A DNA stretch of 62,042 nucleotides, filler included, from Hausera hauseri (taxonomy: Eukaryota), in the NCBI GenBank assembly GCA_046269625.1. It is 12 parts of 12 records of this genome, joined end to end, with 100 filler letters (N's around TTAATTAATTAA, not from the genome) between each part and the next. Parts side by side here need not be neighbours in the genome. Positions count along the whole stretch, not along the records: positions 1 to 4,844 come from JBJURY010416589.1; positions 4,945 to 9,142 come from JBJURY010706104.1; positions 9,243 to 14,225 come from JBJURY010371371.1; 9 more parts are not named here. The stretch is one strand, 5' to 3'. A program made the translations under genes and the position numbers. The notes beneath the pieces are model-generated. The model was not told where the DNA came from, searched no databases, and saw nothing but the letters and a program-made list of their open reading frames with translations. This document shows positions 1-13,975 of the stretch, in pieces. Every line of letters begins with the position of its first letter. The stretch's first letter is position 1.

Positions 1-2850
1 AAAGGAGGTTGCTAGCAGTACTTGGTATATGGTGATTAATTGTTGATGAGGAATCAAGTGGAGTTTGGAGTAGGATGGTCGGGTCAGGAACGGTGTTTGA
101 GTAGGTGTTATTGTTCAATGATTTTATAGAAAATACCAGATTGTAGACATTGAGCTGTGATTGGCTTTCGACACTGCCCTTTAGAAGCTTATGATGTAAA
201 ACGTGATAATTATAGGAATTAGAACGAGGTACTGACTGTTTTAAAATAGATTGCTTACTTACTATTGACTGTGGTGTCGTTGAGATTCTGTCTATATATG
301 TGCTACGGTCTACAGGTGTATTCGCTTTCAGGCAGCGTCGGTTACAATCGACTAGCAAATTATACTGCGTAAGGAAATCTAAGGCAAATATTGCCGTCTA
401 GACGTTAGCGACTGTAAACGTCCACTGAAATGAAGAGGAAAAGTTTGGTACAGTGAAAGATAATTTGCAAGTTCCGAAAATATGGAGAGATTGAACAGAG
501 GCAGTGTATAAATGCTTTATTTTAGGTGAAGAATGCTAAACTGGAAAAGAAAATGGTAGTAGTGAGATTGCTGCACCAGTATCGATAAGAAAATCTATAA
601 ATTGAGTGTTAGGATTAGAGATAGCAGCTTTTAGTGTGAAGACTGCAAATGAAGTTTGTCAGCAAAAGGAATTAGATAAGTTGCCTCTGCCAGGATCTTC
701 CGAGAATACTGGCGGCGAAATCTGTTTTTTTGGGTTGGTGAGTTAGAACGATTACTGCCAGAGAGACGTTGGGATGTCTATCAGTGGTGTAGTTTTTGTT
801 AGTTTTATAGTTACAGCCGGAAATACAATTCCAAGCATTAGATCCGAATTTTGCATGAAAGATGCAAATTATGTTATCCGAGTGTGGGTTTTCTGAATAA
901 TATCTACACCCTAAACAGCATCTATTTGCTTTTTTGTTAAATTTGTTGTAGCAATAAGATATGAATGACCGCGTTAACGACGGTGTTCAATTTCTGAAAG
1001 GAGAACGTGTTTGATGAGACGAGGGAGCATTCCGTCGATGTAAAGAAAGGTCATTCAGCTTATCATTGATTGTGTTGATTGTGTGTTGTAGTGTCGCATT
1101 TTCGGCGTGTAAGTGGTTCAATTGGTGCTCGATGGATGTATGTCGTTGATAATCATCTGTCGTAATAGCGGCTGATATGATAGGTTGTGATTGGATCTGT
1201 AAGACTTTGTGTGCTTTATCTGCTAATTCAGCCAGCTTATCTAACGCTATAGAATATTCAACAACGGTAAGTAAAGCCTTAATTTGAATGGGTAAGGCAT
1301 TAAGAAAATATCGTCGAAGTAGATCCGGATTGTGTTCCTTGGTGACGCCTAATGTACGTAAGTGAGCCAACAAGGTACGTAGAAAATCACTAGGTTTTTG
1401 TGTCCCCATTGCATTTTTATTAAAGAAGCGCTGTATTATTGAATCAATTGATGGTTCTGTCAGTTTTAACACAGCATTGAACAATTGCGTATAATGGTCA
1501 GGGTGTTAGAAGATATCCAGTAAGTTATGGATTGAGACCTTTATAAAGTTTAGTAGAAGGTGGAGTAGATTATGGGCTTTGGATAACGCGTCTGTAATAC
1601 TGTTGGACTGTAGCCATAGCTTATGGAAGTGGAGCCAAGTTTTGCTAGAATTTTCGTTGTCTATAAAGTATTCAGTGCAATGTGGGGAAGTACTGATAGG
1701 ATTTTTGTGCGAAGAATTTGTATCAATTGAAGTAGTTGGTGGTTTGATTTGGTGTAGTAGAGAATGGATTTGGGTTTTGTGGTCACCTTATCGGTGGTGT
1801 CAGTAGTTGGTGGAGAAATCATACCGCCGCGGATTCTAGGATTGATGTGCATACATAGGTTGTAATTTGAGGCCATGATGTGTGGGAAATCAGTTAAAAT
1901 GAAACCGTTGTGAGTCAAATGGAAATCACTGAAGGCGGAGGTATTATGAACGAGAGCTTATAGTTGTGATATCTCGATACGTGGTGTGACGTATATTGTT
2001 CGTATTAGATTATTATTAACATAAAGGTAGAGGGGGAATGATCGCGATATACAGTAAACCGGGTAGTATGATATTTCAATGTGGTCATTCAAAGTTAAGA
2101 GGGTTTCAGTTTCTATTGAAGAATATGCGCAATCTGTGGGCTCCCTATGGTTAATGGATTTGTTGCGTTTATAACTGATGTATACTGAAGAAAGTCGACA
2201 GTATCCGGAAAAGAACTGATTCTGTCCATAGTCAGGAACTTTAGTCAGAGACTCGCCGTGATCAGAAGAATAAATCGGGCCGAATTTACGATAATGGGTT
2301 TTAATTCCCTTTCATCTCATTACCGGTTTATCGAATTTCATAAATGGTTCGGTGTTGAATTTTGTGAGTTTGGTAAGACAAAGTACAGGTGGAGTGCGAT
2401 TAACAATGCCACAAAATGAGTGGGCCATTTCATTAATTTTTACGTGGCCATCATCAAATTTATGAATTCCTACAAGTGTAAAGTAATTCAGAGCGTAAAA
2501 GCGTAGTTTACCAATTTTCCTTAATGAAGCCAAATTAACTTTCAAAGTAGGCTGATCAACTTTATCAACAGTAGTAAGATATTTCGGAAGACTGTCGTGG
2601 ATAGGGGTTAAAATACCACGACCATGCAATAAAATAAACGAAGTTTATGATCTGAGGAATAAAGGAAGGAAGAAGCGTTTTGCTGGTGTGATCTAGAATT
2701 CCAAAGTTGGTAGAAGTCATGCCTGAATAATAACAGTGTGTCACTAAAAACGCCTTCACTGGATAACGGTTGTTTCCAAATTCCCAGACGACAGAAAACG
2801 GATGGAATCGTAAAATATATTGAAAAAAATGATACTGCCAAAGACAGCTG
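1..2850 (-). mobile_element. Decayed Ty3/Gypsy (CsRn1-like) LTR retrotransposon, copy A: leader-UBL-gag-protease
   Basis: Gag core ORF 987-1484 (LLRRYFLNALP...LDKLAELADK), two CHCC-type motifs near 810-960, protease FLIDTGA near 570-595; colinear with 16750-18825. Upstream boundary uncertain. Confidence 0.85.
1823..2040 (-). pseudogene. Ubiquitin-like domain fused to the Gag N-terminus (copy A)
   Basis: Translation FPLYLYVNNNLIRTIYVTPRIEISQL*ALVHNTSAFSDFHLTHNGFILTDFPHIMASNYNLCMHINPRIRGG followed at once by Gag MISPPTT; ubiquitin-like length, hydrophobic pattern and RxRGG end. Confidence 0.7.
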
Positions 2851-3249
2851 GTAGCAAATTCAAAAAAAATCGTAGTAGTGAACAGAAACTGCGGTAACCA
2901 AACTTTGGTTAACTACAATTCTCTTTATATCGTGGTAAAATTTCATGGGATGTGGACAGGAAATGGTGGATTTTGCCATATGACTATAATAGGCACAAAT
3001 GAAATTGACAGCTTTGCCGAAAAATGTTCCAAATAAAATCGGTATGATAATGTAAGTCGTCACCTGTGAAATCGTGTACATAATCAACAAAGATAACGAC
3101 GTGGTTGTCGACAAAAGTAATTTATGTGGTCGTTTCGAAAAGTTTTGTTTGGTACTTATCAAGACCTGATAGGACGTGATTCTCATATCGTCGTCAATTC
3201 GAATCTGCAAAAGTGAGAGTAAAACAACAATCTTAGATTTATTAATATC

Positions 3250-4730
3250 TGAAGGAAGTAACCTTAGAATGGCAGGAATTAAGTTTTTAAGGTCAATGTT
3301 GGCTTTCATTCGGCAGTTATGGCCTCATCCGATGTTTTAGTAACCTTTTGTTGTCTGGTCAACAACATTGTGCGGATTATCTCTGTAAGTTTGTTCAGAA
3401 TGTAGTCATCAATAATCAGGTTCATTCCATTTTGTACGTACAAATCAAACAATGAATTGAACTTGGACTGAACAAAATTATTGTCACTAAAGTAGTTCTG
3501 CATTTGTTGCAAATTCATTGTCAGATTATTGATCAAACAGGAATTATTTCTGTATGCTTGGAGCTGCTGGAATTGGCTTAGCAATACGTTCTGTGCATTC
3601 TGTACAGTGTAAAACGTTGGAGAAATGGCAAGTCAATTGCTCTGTATTTCACTAAGAGCTGCTATGTCGGAATCATCTTGTGCCAAATATGGTGCTGAGT
3701 TGACGATGAATGAAGATATTTTGGTAAGAGGATTCGAAAAATTTTGAACACCGAATAGTGGCTTTTGTGATTCGAATATTCTTGACTGATAATTTCTACT
3801 GTCAAAGTAATCCGTAAATGAAGCAGATTGATTCAGGAAAGATATCATATCACCGGGTAGAATTCTGGCAGCATTAGTCGATTGGAATGCCTTGAAACTA
3901 CGCGTCTTTGAGTTGAGTACAATTTGTCTAATCTGTGAAACGTCAAGAAATTGACTCAAGTTCAAAATGTCTCCTATACCAAAAGCGGTAAACAATCCAG
4001 TCTTATTGTCCCTACACCCGTTGACAAGTCCAGCTAAAATGTTTCTCGGTAGAATGAAATTGAAGGAAATATTATAAAAGTTATTATGAAGCACATTGAT
4101 AATCACTGGCCAAATTGTACCAATCCATGAATTAAGTAACCCATCTGACAAAGTTAAGCCACTCGGATCATTAAACGTACTGCAAATTGTACAATAACTG
4201 GAGGTGGATAAGGACAACTTAGTTACGGCAACAATCATATACAGAACTGTGGTCAGTATTAATACATGGAAAACGAATGTTAGGACCCATTTGCATTCAT
4301 GTTTTACACAATACAAAGAAACAAGAAATACAAAAATGATAATCAATAACGTTAAGATACTGACAAAACATATGAATACAACTCTTGTTATTTCAACTGC
4401 AGATATCACCGTAGAATTATACTGTAGAAATGACGTAAGAATTGGTCTGATCATGACGGTAAAATTGTTCCAATATACGGACACAAACTGAAATGACTTG
4501 AATAAATTCAGACCCGTTTTTACCGTGGCAAAGATCTGAGCGAGATTATTTGCAAAGGTTGAATTGATTGTTTGAAAATTATTTGTGATGTTGGTGATAT
4601 TCACTTTGTATTGTTGCATAAGAAATAGTATTATGACACTGGATTCAGGTTGCATGTTGTTTGTGGATATGTTTGTAGAGAATTGCTGGTTCAGCGTCTG
4701 AAACAAAAAATAAATTTTTAGTAGAGTCAA
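3250..4730 (-). pseudogene. Prominin-like multi-pass membrane glycoprotein fragment with disruptions
   Basis: Two adjacent TM helices, Cys after the second, then GCRDNKTGLFTAFGIGDILNLSQFLD resembling the prominin second extracellular loop; many NxS/T sites; split over ORFs 3633-4730, 3306-3584 and the start of 2860-3309. Confidence 0.55.
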
Positions 4731-4844
4731 AAATACGATATCCTTTATTTTTTATTTTTATTTTTATGTAAGATATTTACATAATCATTAATTACATGTA
4801 AAACAATAGAATATAAATTTCAAATGTACTACCTGTCTTACTTT

Positions 4845-4944
4845 NNNNNNNNNNNNNNNNNNNNNNNNNNNNNNNNNNNNNNNNNNNNTTAATTAATTAA
4901 NNNNNNNNNNNNNNNNNNNNNNNNNNNNNNNNNNNNNNNNNNNN
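4845..4944. other. Artificial contig spacer (44 N + TTAATTAATTAA + 44 N); first of 11
   Basis: Identical 100-nt spacers at 4845, 9143, 14226, 19359, 24664, 28788, 32964, 38053, 44041, 51194 and 57001; TTAATTAATTAA gives stops in all six frames. Confidence 0.98.
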
Positions 4945-5337
4945 ATGCGAGATATTGGGAATGTGTGATATAAATGAATCCATGTTCTATGTCAAAGATC
5001 ATGCTGATGGGCGAAAGAAGATACTTAATAGGGCATTTCCCGAATTGCGAATATGTGCATATGAATGTAACAAATTGGTAACTATATCAAAGAACATTGC
5101 ATGTATTTATCATGAACATGGTTCACATTATGCATATAAAAAATTGTTTACCGTTATGTCAAAGTTATATTGTTACTAAATAAATGTGTCATAAATTAGT
5201 TGGTCTTATCCTATATAGTAGTTACTTAGTTTTACTTGGCCTTATCCTATATCCCACATTACTTTATTAAGAAGACAACGCGATATTTCTATACAACATT
5301 TATTAAACAAATGAATAACAAAGAATAACAATAATAT

Positions 5338-8300
5338 TTACAATGCCGCATGTCCATGAGGTAGTGTGTGTATTCCATCGCTCAGTATCTTCCTCTCGTC
5401 GTCCATCCAATCTAGGCTTTTCTTCTGTAAGGTAACAGTTTCGATTTTATGATCTCTAGATGGGATCCTTTTCATTTACGATATAATGTGAGTCTTCTCC
5501 CGCAGAACTGTCACAGTCTTGAAAACTGATCTTCTTGGCCAGTGTAGCCCTTTTAACGCCCTTAGTCCGCTTCTTTATTTGGCCACATACGTCTAGGGCA
5601 TACATTTTAGATCTGAGAGCCACAAATCTCGACATTGTTGCTCCATTCTCCTCGTCTTTGAATTTCCCAAGGACTTTCTTATTGGCAATTGAATAGTTGG
5701 GATGATACTTCGGATAATCCGAGGTATCCATATGCTCTGCTAACTGGGCAAAGTCCTCATAAATGTTCTCTGTATAGATCCGATAGATGAAACTATCAGT
5801 ATCTATATACATTAGCTGCATGGACTTGAACTTTGGGACCATGATGTCGTTGTGGAAATGATACATCAGGGTCTTTGACAGTTTTAGGATTGCCATACCC
5901 ACATGGGCTTGTTGAATACCAAGGATGTTTTCAGCATATGGATGCTGACCAAGTTGTCAGCATATATGATACTGCTGTTGAAGTTAGGTTTGGCAATAAG
6001 CTTCTTTGCTCGCTTCCAGTCACATACCAGTTTGATGTTGATCCTGTTGCGGATATTCTCCATGGTCTTGCCAAAGACCGAGTTGTTGTAAAGCTTGAAT
6101 TGATCCTTCTCAGTGTCGTTCTTGGCATTAGTACGCAGCTTCGTATTGAGATCTATGTATGACTGCAGCCACATGGACTGGTTGAACTGGGGGGCTCTAT
6201 GGATATTGGTAATACGAAGTTCATGTATAACTGACTGTTGGAGATTGATGCAGTGGACTACATACCTCTCCCTATTACCCAGATGACAGAGTAGCTTTCT
6301 CTGCTTCCCATGGAGCGGAGGCCTGCTTTCATGGAGGAAAGGCAGCTACTGATGCCTTGCGTGGATGGAAGCCGGATATTCCATATCCACCTTCAGTATG
6401 TATCCCGTATCTCCAGTGGGATCCAAGTCCAATATAGGAATGTTTTCAGGATTCTCGACCCATTTGAAGTTATCATATGGCAATGTGATGCTCATTGTCC
6501 ATCCATACAAGTTGTTGACATCCAGGTATTATATATATGAGGATTCCTTGGATGAGTCGTATTCGGCCATATACGTGTTATTGGCCTCATTACCGGTGAA
6601 TGGCCTGGCATATTCCGGCTCTAATGCCTCTCTCCATCATAAGGATCATGTCGTAATACTTAATGATATGCAGCCTAATACCAGTATATCTCATCATTGC
6701 TGCCCAGCTCATCACTGGAGCCATAAAGAAATTAGCAGGATCCAATACAGGGCTCTTCATTGTAACATCCCTGAAACTCTCAAAGACGCCTCTCAGCAGC
6801 AGCACATCCGTCTTGAGGCAAGTATTACTGTATTCCCCTATTGGTCGGCATTGGAATGCCTGCCATAGATTTTAAGCATACTGGTAGTCAGCATAACTGA
6901 TATCGCAATCAGAGAGAATACTATAAAAGTCCTTCTTGGTCGGCAATGAGGTCTCATCCAGTGTTTCCAATGAAGTTATGTAGTCATAAAAACACGCCTT
7001 TCCTCTTGACTAGGTCAAATGCAGTGGAGAAAAATCGCTTCGTCTACTTGAGTTCTTCTGCAGGGAGGTTCTTCACTAAACTATCCAGTGAAGACGACAT
7101 GAAACGAAAACTGTGTATGAAGCGAAGCCTGATTTTTCTCACATCCTTAGTAAAGGTGATGTATTTTTCCTCACTGTTGGGGATCACTTCAATGTTTCCT
7201 TCAATGCTGTCTAATTCGCGGACTACGAAATTGGATTCATGGTCACTGAGATTATGGAACACCACAGGCACATATGTACATCTTTTGAAGCGTAGATTGC
7301 AGTTGTTGCATGCTGCCCCTCGATATGCACCTGTAAAATGTCAGTGATCCTTGAATTCATAATTATCCTTAGTGAATGATTTTAATCACAAGTAACATGT
7401 TGTTGCCTTGCGCCATTCTTCTTGTTTCCATGACATGCTCATATTATCCTTATGCTGAGGAAGCATGTTTTCAAGCTTATGAGCCATATCTTCAAGTCGT
7501 TTCATGAAATGTGCTACTACACCTGGACCTCTGAATAGAAATGCTTCACTGTCTAATCCTTTGTCATACATTCAATATGATGACAGTTCATGATATTGGT
7601 ATGCCGTTGCCCTGCTATATTGAGGACTAGGAGTGCATGTCTGAACTGGCCTAAGAATAGCTTCAAAGTTTCAATAGACAACTATTGGGACCTTGATCTT
7701 CTTCTCGAAATTCTTGAATTCAATATAGTCCTCCTTGGGAAATTCTGGCCTGATACAGTAATTGTTGCTGCAGTACATCTTGTGCTCTGCAACCTTGTCC
7801 ACGGCCTCATCCCCGCTGAAATGGGAAAAGCATAGTTTGCGTATTTCGATTCTTGTTGAATGTTTCGTAATTTAAGATCTGACTAGACATTCAAGGTTCT
7901 TTGTCCATATGTAACGTTTCTTTTCACCATCGTCTAGTAGGAGCAGATCCCTATAATCTTCCAATACAGTATCGCATATCTGCAGGGGATAGAATTTGTC
8001 CTCATCATCCAATCTTATGATGTTGATGGATATATTGTTGATTCGACTGAACTTCTTGACTTCGTCTATGGATGGCAGGAACTTAATACATTGGAAGTTA
8101 TAGCTTTGTTGCACATCCTTATATTGCCAAACTCGTGAAGCATTATATTGATCCCGTACAAGTTTTGATAGAATGGCATACACGAAACACATGTTGTCAT
8201 CATTAAGGACATTGATGCATGCTTTTTTATTAGCGATACAATCAGGGAGCTGAATATAGGAACTTCCCCGCATTGGCCAGTACTTGTGCACATACACAAA

Positions 8301-9142
8301 CAATCTCTTGATGGTTGCCAGAGTCAATCCACTCTTCTTATCCTGGCTCTCATCGACTTCACGGATCAGCTTCACATGCTCTTCATGCAGCCATTCTACT
8401 ACATTAGTGGCTTAAAAAATGGGTCTATTTCTGATCTTGAAGGCTCCTTTGGATTCTTCGGCATCAACATTGACGTATGTGGCCTCAAGTTTCATATTAT
8501 CCTTAATGGCCTTGAGTTCAGCTATGTTGTCCTGGAGTATCCCCTCTGTTTCTTCCTCTGTGTACTCCAGGAACTCCTTGATGATTGTTTACCAGTTGCA
8601 TCAATGACATATTTGCCGCATTTCCTCTTTAATGCTGCAGCATCAACTGGCCGCTGTCTTTGACTCTTTGATGCAGCCGCTAGACCTGATGCGCCTGATG
8701 CTGCTACGCATCATTCAGCTGCTTGTTTCAATTCTCTAATATGCTTCGCAGTTGCTGCACCACATCCAACAACATAATGCGAGGCATAATACTGCGAAGC
8801 ATCATACTGCAAAGCAAATGCATCAATATTATTATGGCCTTCTTTGATTTTGATGCGAAGTGACTCAAATGATGTTTGTGATCATAACAGAACTGTATGT
8901 AATCTGCACCGCATATAGTCTCGCATCCCGGAAATATATGATATTGGATCCTTTTGCATTTGTGTCCACAATACCGCTGCACCGTTTCATGACACTGTTG
9001 CAGATTATGTGCTTTGGATGTGCAATAAGCCCAGGAACCGTACATTTGATTTGATTTTGGGACACTTGTTGTCATTGGCATATTACTGTTGAATATTTCT
9101 TTCTTCGATTTTGTGAATGAATCCAGATGCTGTTTATGCTGG
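5338..9142 (-). mobile_element. Polinton/Maverick-like protein-primed family-B DNA polymerase pseudogene, copy A
   Basis: Motifs YLDVNNLYG, KLYNNSVFGK, YIDTDS, KKVLGKFKDE, exonuclease VVFHNLS; many stops and frameshifts; closely similar to 57655-61506. Confidence 0.9.
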
Positions 9143-9242
9143 NNNNNNNNNNNNNNNNNNNNNNNNNNNNNNNNNNNNNNNNNNNNTTAATTAATTAANN
9201 NNNNNNNNNNNNNNNNNNNNNNNNNNNNNNNNNNNNNNNNNN

Positions 9243-9653
9243 CGAAAAAACTGTAAACCGATAATTTCGATTTTAATCGATAAAAAACATTTTCCTGCAT
9301 ACGACAAACTTTATCTCACCTCAATACGACGTATGGATGCTGAGATATAACTTTTCGAATATTTTATTCGAAATATTTGAATCGTTATAGATTCGGTTCA
9401 TAAGCTCGTATGGACTTGTAAACTATACAATTCGATAGTCCTCAAAAATCTCACCATTTTTGACTTTCAGCCAAAAATTATTCGAAAACTGGGTAAAAAG
9501 ATATTCTAGTTCAAAATTTTTTCAAAAAATTTGTCCCACCTATATCATGTTGTATGAAATTCAAAAATACACATTTTTTAATTTTCGAAAATTTGCACCG
9601 AATTCGAATAGTGCAGAACACTTTTGAAGTGCTAAAATCGATAGTGCACTGTG
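9243..9653. repeat. Possible DNA-transposon terminus (CACAGTG-type, Transib-like end)
   Basis: Non-coding stretch ending ATAGTGCACTGTG; the same motif occurs inverted near 50554 (CACAGTGCACTAT). No transposase seen. Confidence 0.3.
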
Positions 9654-10254
9654 GCTAGGGGGTTTCATCTCATTTCGTAAACAAATTTAAAAAAAATTAA
9701 AAATGAAAAATTTAAAAAATATAAATTTAAAAAAAATGGTTATTGAATATTGATTGTCGATCCTCTAGGTGGTCTGGTGCCATGCGCTCCTTTCCATCTA
9801 CCTCCACATCAATGCGATGCTGCTCGTCTTCATCACTTTTTTGTTATTGTGATTAACTATGTTGTTTTTGTCGACTTCTTCAATTTTTGTTATTTCACGT
9901 GCTACTGTCTCGATGAATCTCATGAACAAATCACATTATTTGTTTCGATTTTTTGATATCTTTTTTCAAGGTTAAAAATGTTAACGAATTTTGAAGAAGA
10001 TCCGGAACCTTATTCAAATCAGTAAATGTGGCTCTGAAGAGAGCCAATAACATTCTCAAGATGGTGGTATGGCAGAGTCATTGTAAATTTACGCATTTGA
10101 TGTTTGGTCAAATAATCTCGTTGTAAATGAAGACATAACGCAGTTTATTAAAGATTACGAATTTGGGTGTACCATAGAATGGATTTTCCTTCCCAGTTTT
10201 GACGAATAGAACCATCAATAGACTCAACAAGTTCATGACCACATTGTTTGATCT

Positions 10255-10600
10255 GTTGGTTATCCTCGTGTAAATATTTTAATGTGTTTGTCTTTTAGAA
10301 GGTAAATAAGTCGATTGGTTTTGTTCAGTTTTGTGAAAATATAACGAGCTGAAATATAATCTTCAGCGCCTTTCCATCGTGCATCGAACTGACCCTGTGA
10401 AACCAGTAAACTCAATTTATTAGATCTAACAAATGCTTGGGCTAAATTCACAATCGTTGCGAAAAGTGATATTTTACCATGATGATAACCCGACTCCTCA
10501 GTAAGAGAACCGGCAAACTGTATGACTTAAAGGTCCCTATTATTAACACGATCAATACAATTGAACAGAACTTTATTTGACTGAGTTTTAAAATGGTTTG
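10255..10600 (-). pseudogene. TOP2: DNA topoisomerase II fragment
   Basis: FKTQSNKVLF...FAGSLTEESGYHHGKISLFATIVNLAQAFVRSNKLSLLVSQGQFDARWKGAEDYISARYIFTKL matches the Top2 catalytic-Tyr region (YHHGE, NLAQ, GQFG, SPRYIFT); in-frame stop and non-conservative changes. Confidence 0.85.
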
Positions 10601-10794
10601 TTTGTTGTATAGATACTCTTTTCATTTTCTACTTCGTATTCGGTTATATTATACTTATTTAATTTTTGAGTAAAGCGTCTTTCTGATAAACAAGAGTCTA
10701 TTTATTTATGTTTTCGTCTGAAGAGTCTGACTTGAAGCTTTGTATAATTCATTATCACTAATGTATCCACGATTGTATTCTATGGAATCGTAAT

Positions 10795-12097
10795 CACAGT
10801 TTGTCCGGAAAATTCCCGGACTGGTGCATTATAAAAAGAACTACAAAACGTACGAAGCTCTATATTTTAATTTTCAACATAATCACTTTTCCTTTGGATA
10901 AATAGCTCACATCGTTCATAAAGCTTTTGGAACACTGGCGAATTCTTTGGGAACACTCTTCAGCTGAGCTGTCACTAAGGTTTTGATTTCATTTATCGAG
11001 GTAAAACATGTTCCTTTCATGACGAGTTTCAAGCTAGGGAAACAAGAAGAAGTCTGCAAGTGCAAGATCTGGAGAATAGGGTGGATGAACCGTGTTTGTC
11101 ATTTTGAGTGTTGACAAAAACTGGTACACAAGGATAGACGCATGCGTTGATGCATTATCATGCAACAAAATCCAGTCACCTGTGACATGAAATTCCAGTC
11201 GGACACGACGAATCCTCTCTAGTAAACGCTTCATGACGTCTTTGTAGAACGCCGCGTTGACAATGTGGCCTTCTGGGACAAATTCGTGGTGAATGATACC
11301 AGCTGCATCAAAGAAAACGATGACCATTGTTTTTACTTTGGACTTCACTGATTTCACTTTCTTCGGCTTTGGCATTCCCGGACTGATCCACACACTTGTT
11401 TGCCTCTTTGTGGAGGGATCATATTCAAAGCTCCGAGATTCATCTCCTGTCGCGATGGATTTTAGAAAATTAGGATTGTCATTCGCCGTTTGAATGAAGT
11501 CATTGGACGCATTCACTCGCTGTTCCTTCTGCTCAGATGTCAGGAAATGAGTAACGAATTAGGAAATACCTTCTTCTTACCTAAAACTTCTGTTAGGATC
11601 TCGTTCACAATTGCTTTCGTCATCTGGGGTTCATCAGCTATTATTCTACATGTTTTCCGCTGATCTTCTTCAATCACAGTACGAACAGCTGCAAGGTTCT
11701 TCTCTGATTTGGACGTTTCCAAGTGACCACTTCTTTCATCATCTTCTAATGATTCACGACTATCCCGGAAACGTTTGTACCACTCAAACACAGTTTTTTT
11801 GGACATATATTCATCACCATAAGAATTTTTCATCATCTCAATTGTTTCACTTGCACTTTTACCACACTTGAAACAAAACATAATGTCAGTTCGCTTTTCC
11901 ATCATAATAACAATGACAGTGGTTATCTGTATGCAAAACAAAACCATTATCCATTCATCAGCTGTTAATACTACATAACTAAAAGTTTACTGCATTTCAA
12001 CAACAGTTCATAGTTTATAACAGGTGTATGACTAATTTCATTATCATACAACCATTACTGATACACAATCATTCTGGGAACTTTCCGGAAAACTGTG
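10795..12097 (-). mobile_element. Full-length but inactive mariner (Tc1/mariner) transposon
   Basis: About 1.3 kb; imperfect TIRs CACAGTTTGTCCGGAAAATTCCCGG and CACAGTTTTCCGGAAAGTTCCCAG, TA on the right flank; frameshifted transposase (11540-11947, 11034-11516) with TGDES, HDNA and HPPYSPDLA motifs. Confidence 0.93.
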
Positions 12098-13057
12098 TAT
12101 TTGATCGTGGGATTCCATTGATGACTTTATAGGTAAGTCCTCAACACTATTCGACACAAGAAATATAGCACTCCCTGGCTTCTTCTTTTACACACTATCC
12201 ATATCATTATTCCATAACCTATTGATGATTTCAGCTTTGTTTTCTTTTTGTTTTTTTAGAATAATTTCCAGCTTTCTTTAGATGGAATGCTCACAGTGTG
12301 CATTTGCAGTAGATCACGTATGTTCATTTTTGTCAATAAAAGTATTTCCAGACATATAGACATTTGATCAGTATTTTCTTGCTTCCGTAAAAGTTGAATG
12401 GTTAATCTTAATGTAGCAACCATCGTTCTCTTTACCAAAAATTCTGGATTAACTAATCCAATCATGACCATGTAGAAATCATCATAGATCAATGTCAAAA
12501 ATGATCCAATCATTTCGCTATTGTGAAGTAATAATCGCATCAACAACTCGAAATAAAACGCTCGAAACTGTTCATCTCTTATTTGTGTCTATGAACTTTC
12601 ATAGTCAATCATTGTTGATGCCTGCTTAGCTTTTGGAGACTGTCTATGGTGTATGCTTTCTATAGAATTATCATTGTTGACTCCAATCCCATTCATTTTT
12701 ACCACAGGTTTTGCTTTCTCATTTCTAGCGAATGCTTCAGCATTATCTATTACCTTTCCCATTATCTCATATAGATGGTAACATGACACAATTGAAACAC
12801 ACTGGTGTAAACCGATATAGATTTTGTCGTTAACAAATACATCAGATTCTGATAGAATTAAGTAATATATAGAATTAATAATAAATAGAATTAAGTAATG
12901 ATGCAATTTTTCAAGTGGTAGGTCCGAGTGGTAATTGAAAGACCCATTTTGTCTGTAAATTTTTTGCAGAATCAAGATAAATTTAAAAGTAATTTTAATC
13001 TAAATACATTGACATCAAGTCGGGAGTAGTGAAAACGGAATGACGATTTGAAATGTA

Positions 13058-13503
13058 GTGAAAGGTATAAGGGTAATAAATGGATTTGATGAAAATTGGG
13101 CCAGTTGTCTTAGAAAAGGAGATGTAATCGTAATTGATGATTTATTTCAAGAAGCCAACAAGGAAAGTGAATTTACAAACTTATTCACCAAGATAGCAAG
13201 ACATCGTGAAGTGACTGTAATTTTCATTACACAAAATCTATTTCATCAAGGTGGGCATCATAGAACTCGTAATCTGAATGTACATTATTTAGTTTTATTT
13301 AAAAATCCTCGTGATCAAACTGTAATAGATTTTGTTGCTCGTCAGGCATTCCAACATGATAAGAAATATTTAGTCGATTCATTTCACGATGCTACGAAAC
13401 ATGCTCATGGATATATTTTTATTGATTTTACTCAACAATGTCCGGATGATGAACGCGTAAAAACCGATATATTCAACGCAAAAGGTATAACTTTTTATAA
13501 GCA
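13058..13503 (+). pseudogene. Polinton-type A32/FtsK-like packaging ATPase, 5'-truncated
   Basis: Walker B VIVIDDL, FTKIARHREVTVIFITQNLF, NVHYLVLFKNPRD, HGYIFIDF; Walker A absent. Confidence 0.85.
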
Positions 13504-13975
13504 GCTTTGGAGTATTTCAGTCACTTGATTTCTGCATGCCCACAGTCTGATCAATCTCACGACCAACGCAATAAAGTCATCGCAAATCTTGCTAATATTG
13601 CTTACGATCAATACAGTCTTGAGTGTTTGGTAATGCGTGTCATCCTGGACGTATTTTACGATTGTTTGGTACAAACGGACATTCCAGATGACATCCAATT
13701 GAATTCGCATACTGGTATCAGTCATATTTGCGAAAGTGAACATCATTTGATAATTTATAGCAACCACAATTTTTGACCATTACCGAATTATTTTTCGTCA
13801 CCAAACAATTACATTGTGCTCACAGCAATTACCGCACTAACTTATTTGTGCAAAATGGATATCAGCTAAAGTTTAGTGCTATTACCAGCAGTCATTAAAG
13901 CCTGTCAATATCTACAACGATCGAACAACCCTGGATTATGAAATTCTGCTACCGCAATAATCAATGAATGTACAA
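13504..13975 (+). pseudogene. ARMC7: Armadillo repeat-containing protein 7-like pseudogene
   Basis: LEYFSHLI...KVIANLANIAYDQ...ILDVFYDCL...SSPNNYIVLTAITALTYL parallels ARMC7 (LEYLQ.LV, VLANLANFAYDP, SSPNEETVLSAITTL); in-frame stops. Confidence 0.7.

Noticed and set aside
4889-4900. Regularly recurring TTAATTAATTAA as a biological repeat or CRISPR-like array
   Set aside because: Always centred in 88 Ns; an assembly linker.
4955-5179. Possible integrase zinc-binding (HHCC) fragment, YHEHGSH...KKLF
   Set aside because: Too short and cut by a spacer; cannot be supported without a search.
12256-12975. Two minus-strand ORFs that look like coding fragments
   Set aside because: No recognisable motif; left unassigned.
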